Shown here piece by piece: positions 34,296-36,818 of a DNA stretch of 36,818 nt. The position numbers and the translations under genes were made by a program. The notes under the pieces were generated by a model. It made no database searches and was not told where the DNA came from. It saw nothing but the letters and a program-made list of their open reading frames with translations. The first letter of the stretch is position 1. Every line of letters begins with the position of its first letter. Origin of the DNA: Octopus sinensis (taxonomy: Eukaryota); contig NW_021836872.1 in assembly GCF_006345805.1 (NCBI RefSeq), positions 1 through 36,818 on the forward strand, written 5' to 3'.

Positions 34296-35112
34296 GAATG
34301 ATTGGAGAAACGAAAGAAAGGGGCACTCAATGCATTTGACTAGGAAAACGTATGTTAGTATTTAATAACAGTTTGGTTTGACTCCAAGCAACCTAAAGTT
34401 TTGTAGGCTTGTCATATGAACCTAGCTCCTCAGACTTAGGTAATCAAATATATATTTATACATATATATATATATATATAGTTGAAAAATTTCGTTATAG
34501 GTATAAATATACCAAAAACAAGTATAAAAAATGGAGAAAAATGACGTTGAATCAAAATTAGATTTAATACAAAATTGGATTCAATACATATGCACATTTT
34601 GAAAGACAAAAATATAATCATAGTAATTATAATTAAATTTATGCATTGTCATTCTTATTAGTGTGAGGAATTTTTGGAAGAATATAAAAAAAGTTTAATA
34701 AAACAAAAATTTTTTTAAATAAAGTAAAATGAAATAAAATAAGGTACAATGAGGGAGAATACAGATGGGGTAATAGGAAAAAATCGATATTTACAAACAA
34801 GTTGTAAAAGGGAAAATTAATAATAGTGAGAGGGAAGAAAAAGAAAGACATATCAATGTGCATGCAAGTCTATATGTGTAGTAATCTATAACATAAAAAT
34901 AAAAATCTAATGGATATGTTTAAAGAAATAATATCAGGTTGAGACAAAGTATAATATAAACAATGTGTCTAGTAGAATATAACGCAACAGGTTCACTAGC
35001 AGAAAAAAGCCATAGAGAATTATACATATACATATTAATAATGAAAAACGAAAATATATATATATTACAAGAGGCTTAAACCTGAGAGACAAGACTATGT
35101 TTGAAAATGATA

Positions 35113-36330
35113 CAGTGGCACATAAAAAGCTCCATCCGAACGTGACCGATGCCAACCCCGCTTTGAATGGCTTCTGTGCCGGTGGCACACACCAACCGAT
35201 CGTGGGATCCCGGAACATCTCGCTGTGCTTGAGGAGACCTGTTGAGTCAAGTGCATGTACATGAGAATCGAACCAAATATCAATGGAAACAGTAGTAGTT
35301 GTGATACCTGTGCCGGTGACACATAAAAAGCACCATCCGAACGTGGCCGTTGCCAGTGCAGCCTCCACTGGCTTCTGTGCCGGTGGCACATAAAAAGCTC
35401 CATCCGAACGTGACCAATGCCAACCCCGCCAGCACCATCCGAACGTGGCCATTGCCAGTGCAGCGTCCACTGGCTTCTGTGCCGGTGGCACATAAGAACC
35501 TCCATCCGAACGTGACCGATGCCAACCCCGCGGCCGATGCCAGCACCACCCCGACTGGCTTCTGTGCAGGTGGCACATAAAAAGCACCAACCGATCGTGG
35601 GATCCCGGAACATCTCGCTGTGCTTGAGGAGACCTGTTGAGTCAAGTGCATGTACATGAACATCGAACCAAATATCAATGGAAACAGTAGTAGTTGTGAT
35701 ACCTGTGCCGGTGACACATAAAAAGCACCATCCGAACGTGGCCGTTGCCAGTGCAGCCTCCACTGGCTCTGTGCCGGTGGCACATAAAAAGCTCCATCCG
35801 AACGTGACCGATGCCAACTCCGCCTCGAATGGCTTTTGTGCCGGTGGCACATAAAAAGCACCATCCGAACGTTGCCGATGCCAGCACCGCCCCGACTGGC
35901 TTCTGTACAGGTGGCACATAAAAAGCACCAACCGATCGTGGGATCCCGGAACATCTCGCTGTGCTTGAGGAGACCTGTTGAGTCAAGTGCATGTACATGA
36001 GAATCGAACCAAATATCAATGGAAACAGTTGTTGTGATACCTGTGCCGGTGACACATAAAAAGCACCATCCGAACGTGGCCGTTGCCAGTGCAGCCTCGA
36101 CTGGTTCTGTGCCGGTGGCACATAAAAAGCACCATCCGAACGTGACCGATGCCAACCCTGCCCCGAATGGCTTTTGTGCCGGTGGCACATAAAAGGCACC
36201 ATCCGAACGTGGCCGATGCCAGCACCGCCTTGACTGGCTTCTGTGCCGGTAGCACATAAAAGTAAAAAAAGCACCAACCGATCGTGGCCGATGCCAGACC
36301 CCTCTGGCACCTGTGCAGGTGGCACGTAAA
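35113..36330 (+). repeat. Higher-order tandem array: about 67-bp hairpin monomers (15 motif copies) in about 340-395-bp super-units
   Basis: The TGTGCC-GGT-GGCACA-TAAAAAGC motif occurs at 35116 (partial), 35175, 35309, 35376, 35478, 35563, 35704, 35770, 35837, 35904, 36042, 36108, 36175, 36242 and 36312. A near-identical segment of about 105 bp starts gggatccc at 35204, 35599 and 35940. Confidence 0.93.
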
Positions 36331-36500
36331 AAGCACCCACTACACTCGCGGAGTGGTTGGCGTTAGGAAGGGCATCCAGCTGTAGAAACAATGCCAGACC
36401 AGACTGAAGCCTGGGGCAGCCCCTGGCTCCCCAGACACCGGTCGAACCGTCCAACCCGTGCTAGCGCGGAAAACGGACGTTAAACGATGATGATGATGAT
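36310..36500 (+). mobile_element. RTE-type 3' terminus closing the array, with (GAT)n tail
   Basis: gcacccactacactcgcggagtggttggcgttaggaagggcatccagc...ccaacccgtgctagcgcggaaaacggacgttaaacgatgatgatgat. Confidence 0.85.
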
Positions 36501-36818
36501 AATAATTTAAGTAAAAATGTACAAGCAGAGAAAAAAAACAAAACAAAAAAACTTAACAAAGAGAAGCAATGATCCCAGACAGGACAGGCCAATGTACTCA
36601 GAAGAGTTCTCTTACTCAAAAACTAGCCTGGGTAGGGGAGACAATGAAAAAAGAATAAGCTCATATACAAATATATGAAGGAGAAAATTATTAATTTACA
36701 AGTTATAGAAAAACGTATACACTTATCACAAGGATATACAATCATAGATACATACACACATACACACACATGTTCATACACTTACACATACAAGGGTGCA
36801 TGTGTAAGGGAAGATACA

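Noticed and set aside
35113-36330. CRISPR-like look of the hairpin repeat array
   Set aside because: The intervening sequences are themselves repeated rather than unique spacers. There are no cas genes, the context is eukaryotic, and the array ends in a LINE-type tail.
34934-36454. Long minus-strand ORFs (218-325 aa) over the array
   Set aside because: They result from stop-poor tandem repeats. The 67-bp unit is not a multiple of 3, and the same peptides appear in different frames.

Overview
This is AT-rich, microsatellite-rich eukaryotic DNA. The SINE and LINE families resemble those of octopus or another coleoid cephalopod; I recognise them from memory, not from a search. There is no prokaryotic system. 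Most of the window is decayed transposons: a Tx1/L1-clade LINE, two CR1-group LINE families, two RTE families, Penelope-like pieces, two mariners, a hAT-like remnant, non-autonomous Helitrons and tRNA-derived SINEs. Among them is the 5' part of a + strand host gene that the ORF track misses. It has a signal-peptide exon (16756-16810), a 13.9 kb intron, a phase 1-1 Ig-domain exon (30680-30952) and an acidic mini-exon (31128-31170). These splice in frame into signal peptide + Ig + acid box, the layout of an FGF-receptor N-terminus (tentative). Other notable items are a minimal hammerhead-ribozyme-like motif overlapping a perfect 73-bp palindrome, and a CR1-group insertion with twin-priming-like inversion geometry. 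There is also a head-to-head CR1 pair, a Tx1 element ending in a (TC)n tract, a SINE/LINE pair sharing a 3' hairpin, and a higher-order tandem array grown from an RTE-type 3' tail. All coordinates and identities were read by eye, and TE boundaries are approximate.
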